Part shown: piece after piece, positions 17,622 to 26,823 of the stretch
Layout of the letters: each line of letters begins with the position of its first letter
Position numbering within the stretch: the stretch's first letter is position 1
IMG/VR virus record: IMGVR_UViG_3300028586_000046
Location: 1-38,624 of that record
From: a virus
Lineage: Duplodnaviria; Caudoviricetes
DNA: 38,624 nucleotides
Strand: one strand, 5' to 3'
Notes under the pieces: model-generated
Databases searched by the model: none
What the model was told of the DNA's origin: nothing
Seen by the model: the letters and a program-made list of their open reading frames with translations, nothing else
Made by a program: the position numbers and the translations under genes

Positions 17622-17812
17622 TTGGCGAGTAAGTGAGCGGCCGGCCGGCGGGCGGCGCGGGTCAGCGAGTCGAGCACGTGCTGCGGCGGCCGGCGGGTGG
17701 TGGCTGGCGAGTGGTAAGCCGGGCCGTGAAAGCCGGCCCAGGCGGCGGGCCGGGCGGGGTGGGTGGCGCAGGCGCTAAGTAGTAGCGCGGCGGCTAAGTA
17801 GACGAGTTTCAT
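17618..17812 (-). CDS. Small lipoprotein in the lysis cassette
   Basis: MKLVYLAAALLLSAC lipobox; Pro-rich; 4-nt overlap with the next gene. Confidence 0.65.
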   Translation of the reverse strand: MKLVYLAAALLLSACATHPARPAAWAGFHGPAYHSPATTRRPPQHVLDSLTRAARRPAAHLLAK

Positions 17813-17815
17813 AGG

Positions 17816-18397
17816 TTAGTAGCTCCAGTTAGATGCGGCGTAGATTTCGCCCCGGCCCCGGCTGAGGCGATGTACACCCGCGTTGACGCCGGACTTGACG
17901 TTGCCTTCGATGGTGGTAAAGCCGTGGCGGGTTTTGGTTTCGACGATGCCGATGTGGCCGATGCGCCGGGCGCTGGGGCTCCAGAAGCCTACCCGGTCGC
18001 CGGGCTCAATGGCGTCCACGCTACCCACCACGCCTTGGAAAAACAGGGTGCGCGGGCTCGTGAGCAGGAACCAGTAGCGCGCGCCGCCGGCCGCGGTGGG
18101 GAAGGGCAGCTTACAGCGGGCATTGGCCGTGGCCTGGAACGAGCCGCACCACTCGCTGCCGGCAGCGTTGCCGGTGGTGCGTTGGTACGACTCGACCTCG
18201 GGGCCGCGATTGTAGCCGTGCTCGCGGACGTAGAGCTGCGAGCGCTCCCAGTCCAGGATACGTTTGGCGTTGGCCTGGCGCACGGCCAGTGCCGGCGGCG
18301 TAGAGGCTAGGCGGCCTGGCTCGCCCCATGCCACATGATGGCAAAGCAGAGCAAATAGGCCGACCACAAGAAAGCGAAAAACTGCATTTTTTGCCAC
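17816..18397 (-). CDS. CHAP-family endolysin with N-terminal signal-like segment
   Basis: NRGPEV, EWCGSF (Cys), GHIGIV (His), TIEGN. Confidence 0.88.
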   Translation of the reverse strand: MAKNAVFRFLVVGLFALLCHHVAWGEPGRLASTPPALAVRQANAKRILDWERSQLYVREHGYNRGPEVESYQRTTGNAAGSEWCGSFQATANARCKLPFPTAAGGARYWFLLTSPRTLFFQGVVGSVDAIEPGDRVGFWSPSARRIGHIGIVETKTRHGFTTIEGNVKSGVNAGVHRLSRGRGEIYAASNWSY

Positions 18398-18714
18398 GGG
18401 GTAAGGGTTAAAAAGGTGGTAGTGAAGTTCTTTTTCAGCCAGCGCGGGATGATGGGCAGGTTGAAGCGCAGGCCCAGCCAGAGGAAGCCGTGGGCGAAGG
18501 CGAACACCAAGGCCGTGAGCAGCACCTTGTGCAGCTGGGTCGAGCTGAGCGGGGCCGCGTCAGGGAAGTACCAGGCGAAGACTAGCTGGATGGGGTACCA
18601 CAGCAGCATGAGCAGGGCGGCCAGGTGCAGCTCGTTGTGCTTGAGCACCCAGCCGTAGAGCAGCTGCGGCAGGGTCAAATTGTGGGGGTTGCGGTCGTGC
18701 AGGAATGCGCGCAT
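18307..18714 (-). CDS. Putative holin
   Basis: Three TM segments; overlaps the endolysin start. Confidence 0.6.
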   Translation of the reverse strand: MRAFLHDRNPHNLTLPQLLYGWVLKHNELHLAALLMLLWYPIQLVFAWYFPDAAPLSSTQLHKVLLTALVFAFAHGFLWLGLRFNLPIIPRWLKKNFTTTFLTLTPWQKMQFFAFLWSAYLLCFAIMWHGASQAA

Positions 18715-18748
18715 AAAAAGTGGGGAGTGGGTTGGGGTTGAAAAAGGG

Positions 18749-19096
18749 TTAATGGTTGTGAGCCTGAATCCATTGGTCGTGCAGGGCCGTGCGCTGCTCC
18801 AGCGAGTTGAGGCGGCCGTCGATGATTTTGTGCGTCGCCTCCGCCTCCTTGCGGGCCAGCTTCAGTTCGGCGATGTCGGCCCGCTGATACTCCAGCTGGG
18901 CCTGGTGCACCTTCACGGTGCTCAGCAGCTCGACGAGGCTGCGGTTGGTTTCGCGTAGCTCGGTGCCGGTGGAATTGATGGCGAAGGTGTAGAGGCCCTG
19001 CACGAGCAGCATGAGGAAAGCCACCACCCCCACGAGTATCCAGTTGCGGGTCTGGTGCTGGCTGATTTCGATTTTGTCGGCGCTAGTATCAGCCAT
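18749..19096 (-). CDS. Single-TM coiled-coil protein, lysis-associated
   Basis: ATG at 19096 (MADTSADK); one TM then heptad-like repeats. Confidence 0.65.
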   Translation of the reverse strand: MADTSADKIEISQHQTRNWILVGVVAFLMLLVQGLYTFAINSTGTELRETNRSLVELLSTVKVHQAQLEYQRADIAELKLARKEAEATHKIIDGRLNSLEQRTALHDQWIQAHNH

Positions 19097-19097
19097 G

Positions 19098-20111
19098 TTA
19101 GATGAACTTGAAAGACTTGGAAGTGACGGTGTTGATGATGGGCGGCGGGGCCGGCGCGGTGTAGGCATCGGAGTTGAAGTAGGTAGCCAGGCGCGTGGCG
19201 GAGGCCGTGCGGTCGAGGTAGCTCGTGAGTTGGCGCAGGTAGCGGGCGCCATCCATTAGGGCCTGGGTGGCCTTGTTTTGCAGCAGTTGGTCGAGGCCCG
19301 CGTCGGCCTCCTTGTTGTTGCTGTCGTCGAGGCGGGCGATGGTCAGGTCGATGCCGTCGCCGTTCAGGCTCAGGCCCAGCTCGGGCACGGCGTGGCCGAT
19401 GGTGAGGCTGGCCAGGGCCGGGTAGACGTAGGTGCGCAGCAGGTTCTCGTTCTCACTCGTGAGCGTGCGGGTCAGCACCTGGTCGCGCAGCTCGGCCAGG
19501 AAGGCCGGGCCGAGCACCGGCCCCAACTCAAAGCCCTCCAGCCGGCGACGCACCGGCCCCAGGGCCTCGAACACGGCCCGCGACTTGCTGATGTTCTCGT
19601 AGAGCTGGAAGTCGGTGGTGTGGGTGAAAAGCTCGCGGCGGTGGGCCTGGCCGGCGGGCGAGGCAGCCCAGGCCCGCAGCTCGGGCGAGTCGTCGCGGTG
19701 GGCCTCCAACCATATCACGAGTGCGTCGAGGCCCGCCAGGCCCCGGCGTTGAATCAGCACCTGGTACTGATTGAGCTGCCACTGGAAGGCCGTCTTGCTC
19801 GTTTCCGTGCTCATGATGTGCACGCCGGTGGCGTCGATGCTGAGCTGGTGGGTCACCACCCCGTTGGCCACGGCCAGGCGGGCCAGCGGCGCCTGCACGG
19901 CGCGCAGCAGCTGGGCCGAGAGGCCGGCCCCGGCGCGGTTGAAGCCGGCCGAGTCGTACTCGGTTTGCAGCCAGGCTAGCAGGTCGGGGCCGAGCACTGG
20001 GGCGATAACGCTGGCCTCGGCCTCGGCCAGCTCCAGGGCGATGGCGGGCGCAATTTCTTTCTGAGCTACGGCCACGTAGGCCTTCAGCTCGTCGATGGTT
20101 TTGAGTAGCAT
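19098..20111 (-). CDS. Putative head-tail connector (DUF6712-like)
   Basis: Directly after portal; two internally similar halves (APVLGPDL / GPVLGPAF). Family name from recollection. Confidence 0.65.
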   Translation of the reverse strand: MLLKTIDELKAYVAVAQKEIAPAIALELAEAEASVIAPVLGPDLLAWLQTEYDSAGFNRAGAGLSAQLLRAVQAPLARLAVANGVVTHQLSIDATGVHIMSTETSKTAFQWQLNQYQVLIQRRGLAGLDALVIWLEAHRDDSPELRAWAASPAGQAHRRELFTHTTDFQLYENISKSRAVFEALGPVRRRLEGFELGPVLGPAFLAELRDQVLTRTLTSENENLLRTYVYPALASLTIGHAVPELGLSLNGDGIDLTIARLDDSNNKEADAGLDQLLQNKATQALMDGARYLRQLTSYLDRTASATRLATYFNSDAYTAPAPPPIINTVTSKSFKFI

Positions 20112-21496
20112 CAGCCGTCAGCTTTTTTATTGGTTTCGGACTTGGCGTCGGCCGTGTTGACCTGCGGGGTGAGGAAGCGGAACTCCAGGTCGGGGTCCCA
20201 GCCGTTGTAGTCGCGGATGAAATTGAGCACCTCCAGTATCAGGTCCTGGTAAAAGCTGTGGGTCACCACGAACGTGTTGAAGGCCACCCGCTTGTCGGAG
20301 CCCGAGCCTGCGCCGATGCCCTTGCCCGGCGACACCCCGGCCAGGGTAGAGTCCACCTGCAGGGCGGTGTAGAAGTGGCTGGCCGCCTCCTGCGAGTCCT
20401 CGATGTAGAGGCCCGACTTGATTTTGTCGTCGATGGCCGACACCGTGAACACCTTAATCGTGGCGCCCGGATTTTGGGGGTCGGGCATGGTGACGGTCAG
20501 GATGGACTTGCCCGCCCCGTTGGTGCCCGACATCGTTTTCTCGAAGGCGTCCAACTCCTCGGCAATGCACTGCTTGCGCTCCGATTCCTTCTTGTCCTTC
20601 CAGTCGGGATATTTCCACTCCCAGTACCGGACGTCAGCCTCAATGAGGTACTTGATGGAGAGTTGATTATCAAATAGCTGCTTCTTGAATTCCGGCACGG
20701 CCAGGGCCACGTCGAACCACCGGGACTTGAGGATGACGCTCCAGGCCGGCACCTGGTAGAGGGCGTTGCCGGGGCTGGGCAGCGAGAGCGGCCAGATGTA
20801 TTTGAAGCCGCGCTTGTCGGCCCGCAGGTCCTCGATAGCGTTGTAGTAAGGGTCGAGCGTGGGCACCTGCTCGGTGTAGCCGTCGCCGGGTTGGGCGGCC
20901 GGCCAGCCCGCCGAGATGTACACCCACGGCGGCACGGCCTGGCCCGCCTGCTGGGTGGCGTAGCGGCAAAAAGCGGTGTCCTGGATGGTGACGCTCGTAA
21001 TCTGGCTGCGGTCGTTGCTGACAATCAGCTCGGGGAAGGCCTGGCCGAAGTAAAGCAGCCCCTGCAAGCCCTCGAAACCGTAGCGCGTGAGGTTGCTGCG
21101 CCGGAAAAACTCGCGGAGTACGGGGTCTTTGACGGGCTGAAAAATCTCGGAGCCGTCTGGTTTATAGCCGATAACCTTGCCGTAGACGATGCCGCTGCCG
21201 TACACGGCCCGGTTTTTCCAGTCCAGCACCGGGTACAGAATGGTGCTCTTGGCCAGGGCCAGTAGCACCTGCTGCGGCCAGTCGTTGCCCGGCCCCCAGG
21301 GGGCGACCAGGCCGGCCGTAGCAGTCTTATCGACCGGGGCCGAGGGCGCGGCCCCGCCGGAGAGGATGGGGCCAGTGGTGCCACTGGCCCCACTGGCGCC
21401 GCTGGTGGCCAGGGCACCGTTGAGGCGCACGGCCGCGCCCATACCCCGGTGGTAGGCGGTGCCGGAGCCGGAAAATACCAGTTGCTGATGCTCCAT
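20111..21496 (-). CDS. Portal protein
   Basis: 461 aa; PWGPGNDWP, YQVPAW, GTNGAGK, GSGSDKRVAF; position after terminase. Confidence 0.75.
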   Translation of the reverse strand: MEHQQLVFSGSGTAYHRGMGAAVRLNGALATSGASGASGTTGPILSGGAAPSAPVDKTATAGLVAPWGPGNDWPQQVLLALAKSTILYPVLDWKNRAVYGSGIVYGKVIGYKPDGSEIFQPVKDPVLREFFRRSNLTRYGFEGLQGLLYFGQAFPELIVSNDRSQITSVTIQDTAFCRYATQQAGQAVPPWVYISAGWPAAQPGDGYTEQVPTLDPYYNAIEDLRADKRGFKYIWPLSLPSPGNALYQVPAWSVILKSRWFDVALAVPEFKKQLFDNQLSIKYLIEADVRYWEWKYPDWKDKKESERKQCIAEELDAFEKTMSGTNGAGKSILTVTMPDPQNPGATIKVFTVSAIDDKIKSGLYIEDSQEAASHFYTALQVDSTLAGVSPGKGIGAGSGSDKRVAFNTFVVTHSFYQDLILEVLNFIRDYNGWDPDLEFRFLTPQVNTADAKSETNKKADG

Positions 21497-21498
21497 GC

Positions 21499-21888
21499 TT
21501 AGAGGTAGACTTTGCGGCCCGCGACGTGCGTGAGCAGGTAGATGTGGATTTTCTTTAGCTCACCCGTGGTCGTATCGACTAGGTTGCGAGTGGCATTGAG
21601 CCAGTGAGCAGGGTCTTTCGTGCCGGTGGGCACCGGCACCTGGCCATCGGCCGCGACGTCAGCGCGGGCCTCGTCGGTTTCTTCGCTGGCGGTGGGCAGG
21701 CGCAGGGCCGCTTCCTCAGCCGCACGCTGGCCTGGGCCGATGCGAGCGGCCGGCAGGTCACGGAACTCGCCGCCCGTTTGCCGGCGGCGGTCATAAGTGA
21801 CCCAGCGCACGGGTACCGGCGCCGGCCCGTCGAGCAGGTCCAGCGCGTCCTTGAGGCGAATTGTGGGGGCAGTAGGGAGCGCGTTCAT
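21499..21888 (-). CDS. Hypothetical phage protein
   Basis: ATG at 21888 after a promoter motif; HWLNATRN segment. Confidence 0.7.
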   Translation of the reverse strand: MNALPTAPTIRLKDALDLLDGPAPVPVRWVTYDRRRQTGGEFRDLPAARIGPGQRAAEEAALRLPTASEETDEARADVAADGQVPVPTGTKDPAHWLNATRNLVDTTTGELKKIHIYLLTHVAGRKVYL

Positions 21889-21895
21889 TCTGCCA

Positions 21896-21930
21896 CGAAG
21901 TACCCGCCCCACCGAGGCCGTAAAAAGGAC
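21896..21930 (-). promoter_or_regulatory. Putative late promoter GTCCT-N22-GTACTTCG
   Basis: Same motif and spacing as the other copies. Confidence 0.7.
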
Positions 21931-22301
21931 ACAAAAACGCCCCTCACTAGCCCCAAACGCCCTAAAAGTCCAATCTCACCCGATAGGGCCCTGGCGCGCT
22001 GCAAACGGCGATTTTGGGCCAAAAAGATGTTTTACAGTCTCACAGGTCGCGCGCGGTGCCCCGGCTTGCACTGTCGCCCCCTGGCAGTTGCCGGGGGCTG
22101 CCTCGGGGATATCTGCCTGGGTTCCTCCCCTAGCAGACGGCAGGCCGGGGACATGCTGAAAATAAAAGAATCAGTCAGTGAGCCAGATACTAACAGCCCC
22201 CTAGCCGCGTGGCAGCAAGAATATTCGAATTTTGAGTAAAGGCATACCGTAGCTTTGGATAGTTTTTTACCAAACTATTACTCCAGCATACATTGCATTT
22301 T

Positions 22302-23069
22302 ATGAAAAAAGCATTACTTGCCCTCCTGCTCCTCGCTGCTGGCTCGGCCAAAGCCCAAATCACGTTCGAGCACAAATACCCGCAGAAGGTGAATATCTTC
22401 AAGCTCTCGACCGGCGAGGTAAAATATGCCGCTTATGTGTCAGGCACAACCAATCAGGTGCGCGTCTACAATCAGAACCATTCTCTGTTCCGGCAACTGA
22501 GCGTGCCGCTGGCCGCTACCGTTCAAGCCGAGGTGGACTACCTCAGCGACAAGCTGTTTAACACCACTCCCGACCTGGAGTTTATGCTCTACTGCTACGA
22601 CCCGGCCCCGAACGCGCCCCTGGCCTTTGCGCAGGTATTTTCCGAAACTGGCACCTCCCTACTGCGAGTTGACTCGACCAACTTTGTCGACATCTACAAC
22701 TCGACTGCTGGCACCAAGCTTGTCACCTATCAGCGTACCGTCGCGGGCGACAGCTACTATAGCAAAGTGTACGCATTGGGGGGCAGCCGCGCCGCCCTCA
22801 AAACCACCGATGCGGCGGGCAAAGAAGCAGCCCAGCCCTATCCCAACCCCACCGGCGGCCAGGTGCAACTGCCCTATAAGGTAGCGGCTGGCCAGGTAGG
22901 CGAGCTTACCGTCACGGATGTCACTGGCCGCACGGTAGCGCATTATCAGGTTGATGGTACGTTCGACCACCTACTTTTTTACGCCCGGGGCCTGCGGCCC
23001 GGCGTGTACCTCTACTGGGTCCAGGTAGCAGGCCAGTCATCGGCTACCCGGCGCTTCGTGGTACAATAG
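22302..23069 (+). CDS. Secreted protein with T9SS type A C-terminal sorting domain (moron)
   Basis: Sec signal MKKALLALLLLAAGSAKAQ; YPNP...VTDVTGRTV...LRPGVYL...RRFVVQ. Confidence 0.88.
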   Translation: MKKALLALLLLAAGSAKAQITFEHKYPQKVNIFKLSTGEVKYAAYVSGTTNQVRVYNQNHSLFRQLSVPLAATVQAEVDYLSDKLFNTTPDLEFMLYCYDPAPNAPLAFAQVFSETGTSLLRVDSTNFVDIYNSTAGTKLVTYQRTVAGDSYYSKVYALGGSRAALKTTDAAGKEAAQPYPNPTGGQVQLPYKVAAGQVGELTVTDVTGRTVAHYQVDGTFDHLLFYARGLRPGVYLYWVQVAGQSSATRRFVVQ

Positions 23070-23084
23070 ACCGGTCCATTCAGT

Positions 23085-23125
23085 AAAGAAGCCCTTCCAG
23101 CTTACTTGGCTGGAAGGGCTTCTTT
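23085..23125. terminator. Bidirectional intrinsic terminator
   Basis: AAAGAAGCCCTTCCAGC...GCTGGAAGGGCTTCTTT between convergent genes. Confidence 0.85.
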
Positions 23126-23166
23126 GTGCCGTCACGCCTCGTATAAAGGCAGTATCTGACAACTCG

Positions 23167-24915
23167 CTAGCTACTAAATACGCCGAGTTGGCTGAAGTCC
23201 ACCGGGGCGTTGACGATGTCAGTGCCGCAGGAGAGCAGGTGCAAATCCACGTTATCAGTAAAGTGGGTGGCGTGCTCGGCCGGAAAGCTGGCCTTTTTCT
23301 CACTGGCCTTGACTTTGACGATGCGGCCCTTGCTATCCTGACTCACCGGGGCCAGCAGCATAGCCGTGAGCACGTCCTTGCAGTTGACCTTGTTGAAGCG
23401 GATGCGCAGTAGGTTCGGGTTCTCCTCCCCTAGCAGCTCCTGGGCTAGCGCATAGCGCGTGGGGTGGCCCGGGATGCGGCCCAGCCCGTAGCGCTGGATG
23501 CGCCAGCCCAGCTTGCGAAAGGCGGCCATGAGCGTCTCGTTGAGGGTAAACTCGCTGTTGGGCCGGCGGGCATCGCCGTACTCCTCGTCGGCCAGGAACT
23601 CAATCTCGCGCCGCAAATGGCACGAGTAGTAGTTAGCGAAGGCATCGACCAGGTCGTTGATAAAGGCCGGATGCTTGACGTAGAGCCCCTTCAGCATGCG
23701 GTATTCGCGCTTATCCAAATGAGGCTGGCCCACAAGCAGGGTGGTGATGCTGCCGCCCCAGTCCACGCTCACGCGCAGGGCCTGGTGGGCGCGGCAGTCA
23801 CTATCGCCCCGGCTATCGGAGAAGTCCACGTCGCCCAGAAAGCGCGGGCCGCCGGCGGCCGTGAGCTTCTCCAGGTTCAGGCCCTGGGGCTGGCCCCGGC
23901 CCTTGCGGGGGGCGTGCTCGTCGCCCAGGGCCAGGCCCAGCACGAAGTCGTCGGCGGCGCACTCCTGCACGTGCAGGGCCATATTGAGGCGCGGGTAGAA
24001 ACCGCCCTCCACGGTGGTGGGGCGGCGGTTCATCATCTCAATCTGGAAGGTAAAGTCCGTCATGAAGGCCCGCTGGTCGAGCATATACTGCAAGCCCAGG
24101 TTCTTGATATTATCGAACGCATTGGCCTCCGAGTAGAAAGTGCCCTGATTAGGGGCACTCGGGAAGTAGCGGATGGCTTTCATGAGCGGCACCACCTCCT
24201 GGGCCCAGATGTGCAGCCTTTCCTCGTCGCTGGGCGCATCCAGGAAGCGCACCTGCGCGTCAATCAGCTCATTCTGGCGCTCCACCAGGTCGATGCCCTC
24301 CTGCTCGTAGTACTTAGACTTATCCAGCAGCCAGCGCCCCGTATCGCCCCAGGGCATGGACGAAAACAGGAAAACGCCGTGGTGCATCGGGTTTTTGCCG
24401 AAATACTGCCCATTGCCCCGGTTGGTGGCCGACAAGTCGGCGTCGAGCTTCTGCTTATCGAAGAGCAGGGCCTCGTCGCCGATAAAGCCGTCCACGTTCA
24501 GGCCCCGGCTGGCCGACCCCCCGGCATCGAGCGAGACCAGGTGAAACCCGGTCCCATTCTTGAAAATAATGAAGTGGTCGTAGCTCAGCGGGCCTTCGAA
24601 GGGCCGGTCCCAGTTGAGCGAGGGCGGCGGCTTGCGCCCGATGTAGAAATCGCGGCCCAGGCGGTAGCCCAGGCGCTCCAGGCCGGCCACGGTCGAGGGC
24701 AGCGTGCGGGTGAGCACCTGCTTATAGGTCGAGCCTACGATGACCCAGCACGAGCGGGGCATGGTGGTCACAATCTGGTGAATATCCCAGGCGATGATGC
24801 TCGACTTGCCCGTGCCCCGGCCCCAGATGCTGATGCCCTGCTTTTTACCCCGCGCCGTGATGTAGCGCTGCTGCGGCTGGTTGAAGTCCAGGCGCTCTTG
24901 GTTGATACCCGTCAT
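23167..24915 (-). CDS. terL: Terminase large subunit
   Basis: Walker A WGRGTGKS, Walker B FIGDEA, nuclease-domain VSVDWG and THFTDNVD. Confidence 0.88.
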   Translation of the reverse strand: MTGINQERLDFNQPQQRYITARGKKQGISIWGRGTGKSSIIAWDIHQIVTTMPRSCWVIVGSTYKQVLTRTLPSTVAGLERLGYRLGRDFYIGRKPPPSLNWDRPFEGPLSYDHFIIFKNGTGFHLVSLDAGGSASRGLNVDGFIGDEALLFDKQKLDADLSATNRGNGQYFGKNPMHHGVFLFSSMPWGDTGRWLLDKSKYYEQEGIDLVERQNELIDAQVRFLDAPSDEERLHIWAQEVVPLMKAIRYFPSAPNQGTFYSEANAFDNIKNLGLQYMLDQRAFMTDFTFQIEMMNRRPTTVEGGFYPRLNMALHVQECAADDFVLGLALGDEHAPRKGRGQPQGLNLEKLTAAGGPRFLGDVDFSDSRGDSDCRAHQALRVSVDWGGSITTLLVGQPHLDKREYRMLKGLYVKHPAFINDLVDAFANYYSCHLRREIEFLADEEYGDARRPNSEFTLNETLMAAFRKLGWRIQRYGLGRIPGHPTRYALAQELLGEENPNLLRIRFNKVNCKDVLTAMLLAPVSQDSKGRIVKVKASEKKASFPAEHATHFTDNVDLHLLSCGTDIVNAPVDFSQLGVFSS

Positions 24916-25574
24916 AGCTTGCCGTTGCCCTCCTTGGCCTGGTTAATAAGCAGTTGCATTTGGTCGGCGCCGACCACGTTTTCGCGCACGGCCTCCTCAA
25001 TCAGCTCGAAATCCACGTCGTTGATATCCTGGGGCTTGGTGAGGTCAAACTGGCGCGATTTGCGGCCCTCTACCGTCAGGTTGAGGATGTAGGACGTGTT
25101 GCCCGTGCCCGGCCCAGCGTCGTCGCCGTGCGCGTCGGCCCGGCGCAGGCCCGCGATGTCGGCCTCGAACTTGAGGGCCGCCAGGGCACCCTTTGTGTCG
25201 GGTGGGCGCTGGCTGAGCGCGATTTGCACCAGCTTGCGGGCGAATTCCGTCAGTACCTGCCGGCGGCCTTCCTTTCTCACCTTTTTGAAGTCGCCGAACA
25301 GGTTGGTGGCGTCGCGCAGGCGCCGGTAGCACGTCGAGCGGCTCATAGCGAACTGCCGGGCCAGCAGGGGCCAGGCCTGCTCAAAGGAGTGGTAGTTGAG
25401 AATCAGCGCGTAGGCTGCCTCCAGCTCGGCGTGGACCAGCTGGTCGGCCTCGCTGAGTTGCTTCAGGGTATCGTGCTGATAGGCCGCAAAAATGCGTTCG
25501 ATGGCCGTCGAGTCGGGCAGCGGCACTAGCTCACTGCCAGGCAGCTCAAGCGGAGAAGGCAACGAGTTGCTCAT
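24912..25574 (-). CDS. Putative terminase small subunit
   Basis: Overlaps the terL start; HTH-like LARQFAMSRSTCYRRL. Confidence 0.6.
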   Translation of the reverse strand: MSNSLPSPLELPGSELVPLPDSTAIERIFAAYQHDTLKQLSEADQLVHAELEAAYALILNYHSFEQAWPLLARQFAMSRSTCYRRLRDATNLFGDFKKVRKEGRRQVLTEFARKLVQIALSQRPPDTKGALAALKFEADIAGLRRADAHGDDAGPGTGNTSYILNLTVEGRKSRQFDLTKPQDINDVDFELIEEAVRENVVGADQMQLLINQAKEGNGKL

Positions 25575-26823
25575 CGGTCAGGTCAATTCCGTTTCGAGTG
25601 ATGGTAAAGCGCCGCTGGTTGTCGCGCATGAATTGGGCGTAGCGGCGCACGTGCACGTCCACATAGCGGGGGTCCAGCTCCACCACGCGGGCCTGGCGAG
25701 CCGTTTTTTCGCAGGTAATCAGCAGCGAGCCCGAGCCCCCGAAGCCATCGAAGACGATGGCGCCGGGCTTACTGGAGCAGTCGAGGTGGTACTCCAGGAT
25801 ATCGGTTGGCTTCATGGTAGGGTGCTCGGCATTGCGCATCGGCCGGTTGAATTCCAGTACCGACGTTTGCTTGCGGTCCGAGCACCAGGTGTGCAGACCG
25901 CCCTCCTTCCAGCCGTAGAGCATGGGCTCGTGCTTGGACTGAAAATCCTTGCGGCCCAGCACGAAGTGCTGCTTCACCCATATCAGATTCTGCGAGAGCT
26001 TGAGCCCGGCATCGAGGAAGGCCGTGCAAAAATTACGCATCTCATTGTCGGCGTAGAACACGTAAATGGGCGCCCCAGGCCGCATAAAGGCAAAGCAATT
26101 AGTGAAGTAGTCACGCAGGAACTGGTAGAACTCCGCGTCGCCCAGGTTATCGTTTTGGATGGTGAGCGCGTCCTTCGTGCCGCCCGTGTAGGCCACGTTG
26201 TAAGGCGGGTCGGTGTCGACCAGGTCCGCGAGCACTCCCTCCCCTAGCGCCTGAGCCACCACGTCCGAGTCGGTCGAGGAGCCGCACACTAGGCGGTGCA
26301 GCAGGGCCTGGCCATCGGAGTGAAACTCGTACACGTCCCCAAGCACCGACTGCGGCACGGCCGGCGGCGCGGGGTCGAACGCGCCCTCCTCGGCCGGCGG
26401 CACCACCAGGGCCGCGAGGCTGGCCAGCTGCTCCAGTGCGCTCGTGTCGAGAATGGCGTCGAGGTTGAGGTGGCTGAAGTTGTCAAGCAGGGCTTGGTAG
26501 TCGAACTGGCCGGCCCCAACGTTGCTCGTCACGTTGTATTCGTCGAGCTCGTCTTTCGTGAGCTGGCGATTGGGGGCGCGCACGTCGATAAACTCGTCGC
26601 CCCGGCCCACGTCGAGCAGGATGGCCAGGCGTTGGTGGCCAGCCAGCACCACGTTATCGAGGTTGATGGCCGGAATCTCGACCAGGTTAAACTTGTCCAG
26701 GCTGTGCACCAGGCGCGCGCGGCCCTCCGCCGTGAGGATGCGCGGGTTGTAGTTCAGCGGAATCAGGTCGCGCACGCGGCGCTGGGTGGTGTGCCATTCG
26801 AGGCGCAAAAGGGTCTCAGACAT
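25546..26823 (-). CDS. ParB-like N-terminal domain + N6/N4 DNA methyltransferase
   Basis: YNPR...AGHQR; DPPY; HPTMKP; DGFGGSGS; ELDPRY. Confidence 0.92.
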   Translation of the reverse strand: MSETLLRLEWHTTQRRVRDLIPLNYNPRILTAEGRARLVHSLDKFNLVEIPAINLDNVVLAGHQRLAILLDVGRGDEFIDVRAPNRQLTKDELDEYNVTSNVGAGQFDYQALLDNFSHLNLDAILDTSALEQLASLAALVVPPAEEGAFDPAPPAVPQSVLGDVYEFHSDGQALLHRLVCGSSTDSDVVAQALGEGVLADLVDTDPPYNVAYTGGTKDALTIQNDNLGDAEFYQFLRDYFTNCFAFMRPGAPIYVFYADNEMRNFCTAFLDAGLKLSQNLIWVKQHFVLGRKDFQSKHEPMLYGWKEGGLHTWCSDRKQTSVLEFNRPMRNAEHPTMKPTDILEYHLDCSSKPGAIVFDGFGGSGSLLITCEKTARQARVVELDPRYVDVHVRRYAQFMRDNQRRFTITRNGIDLTDEQLVAFSA

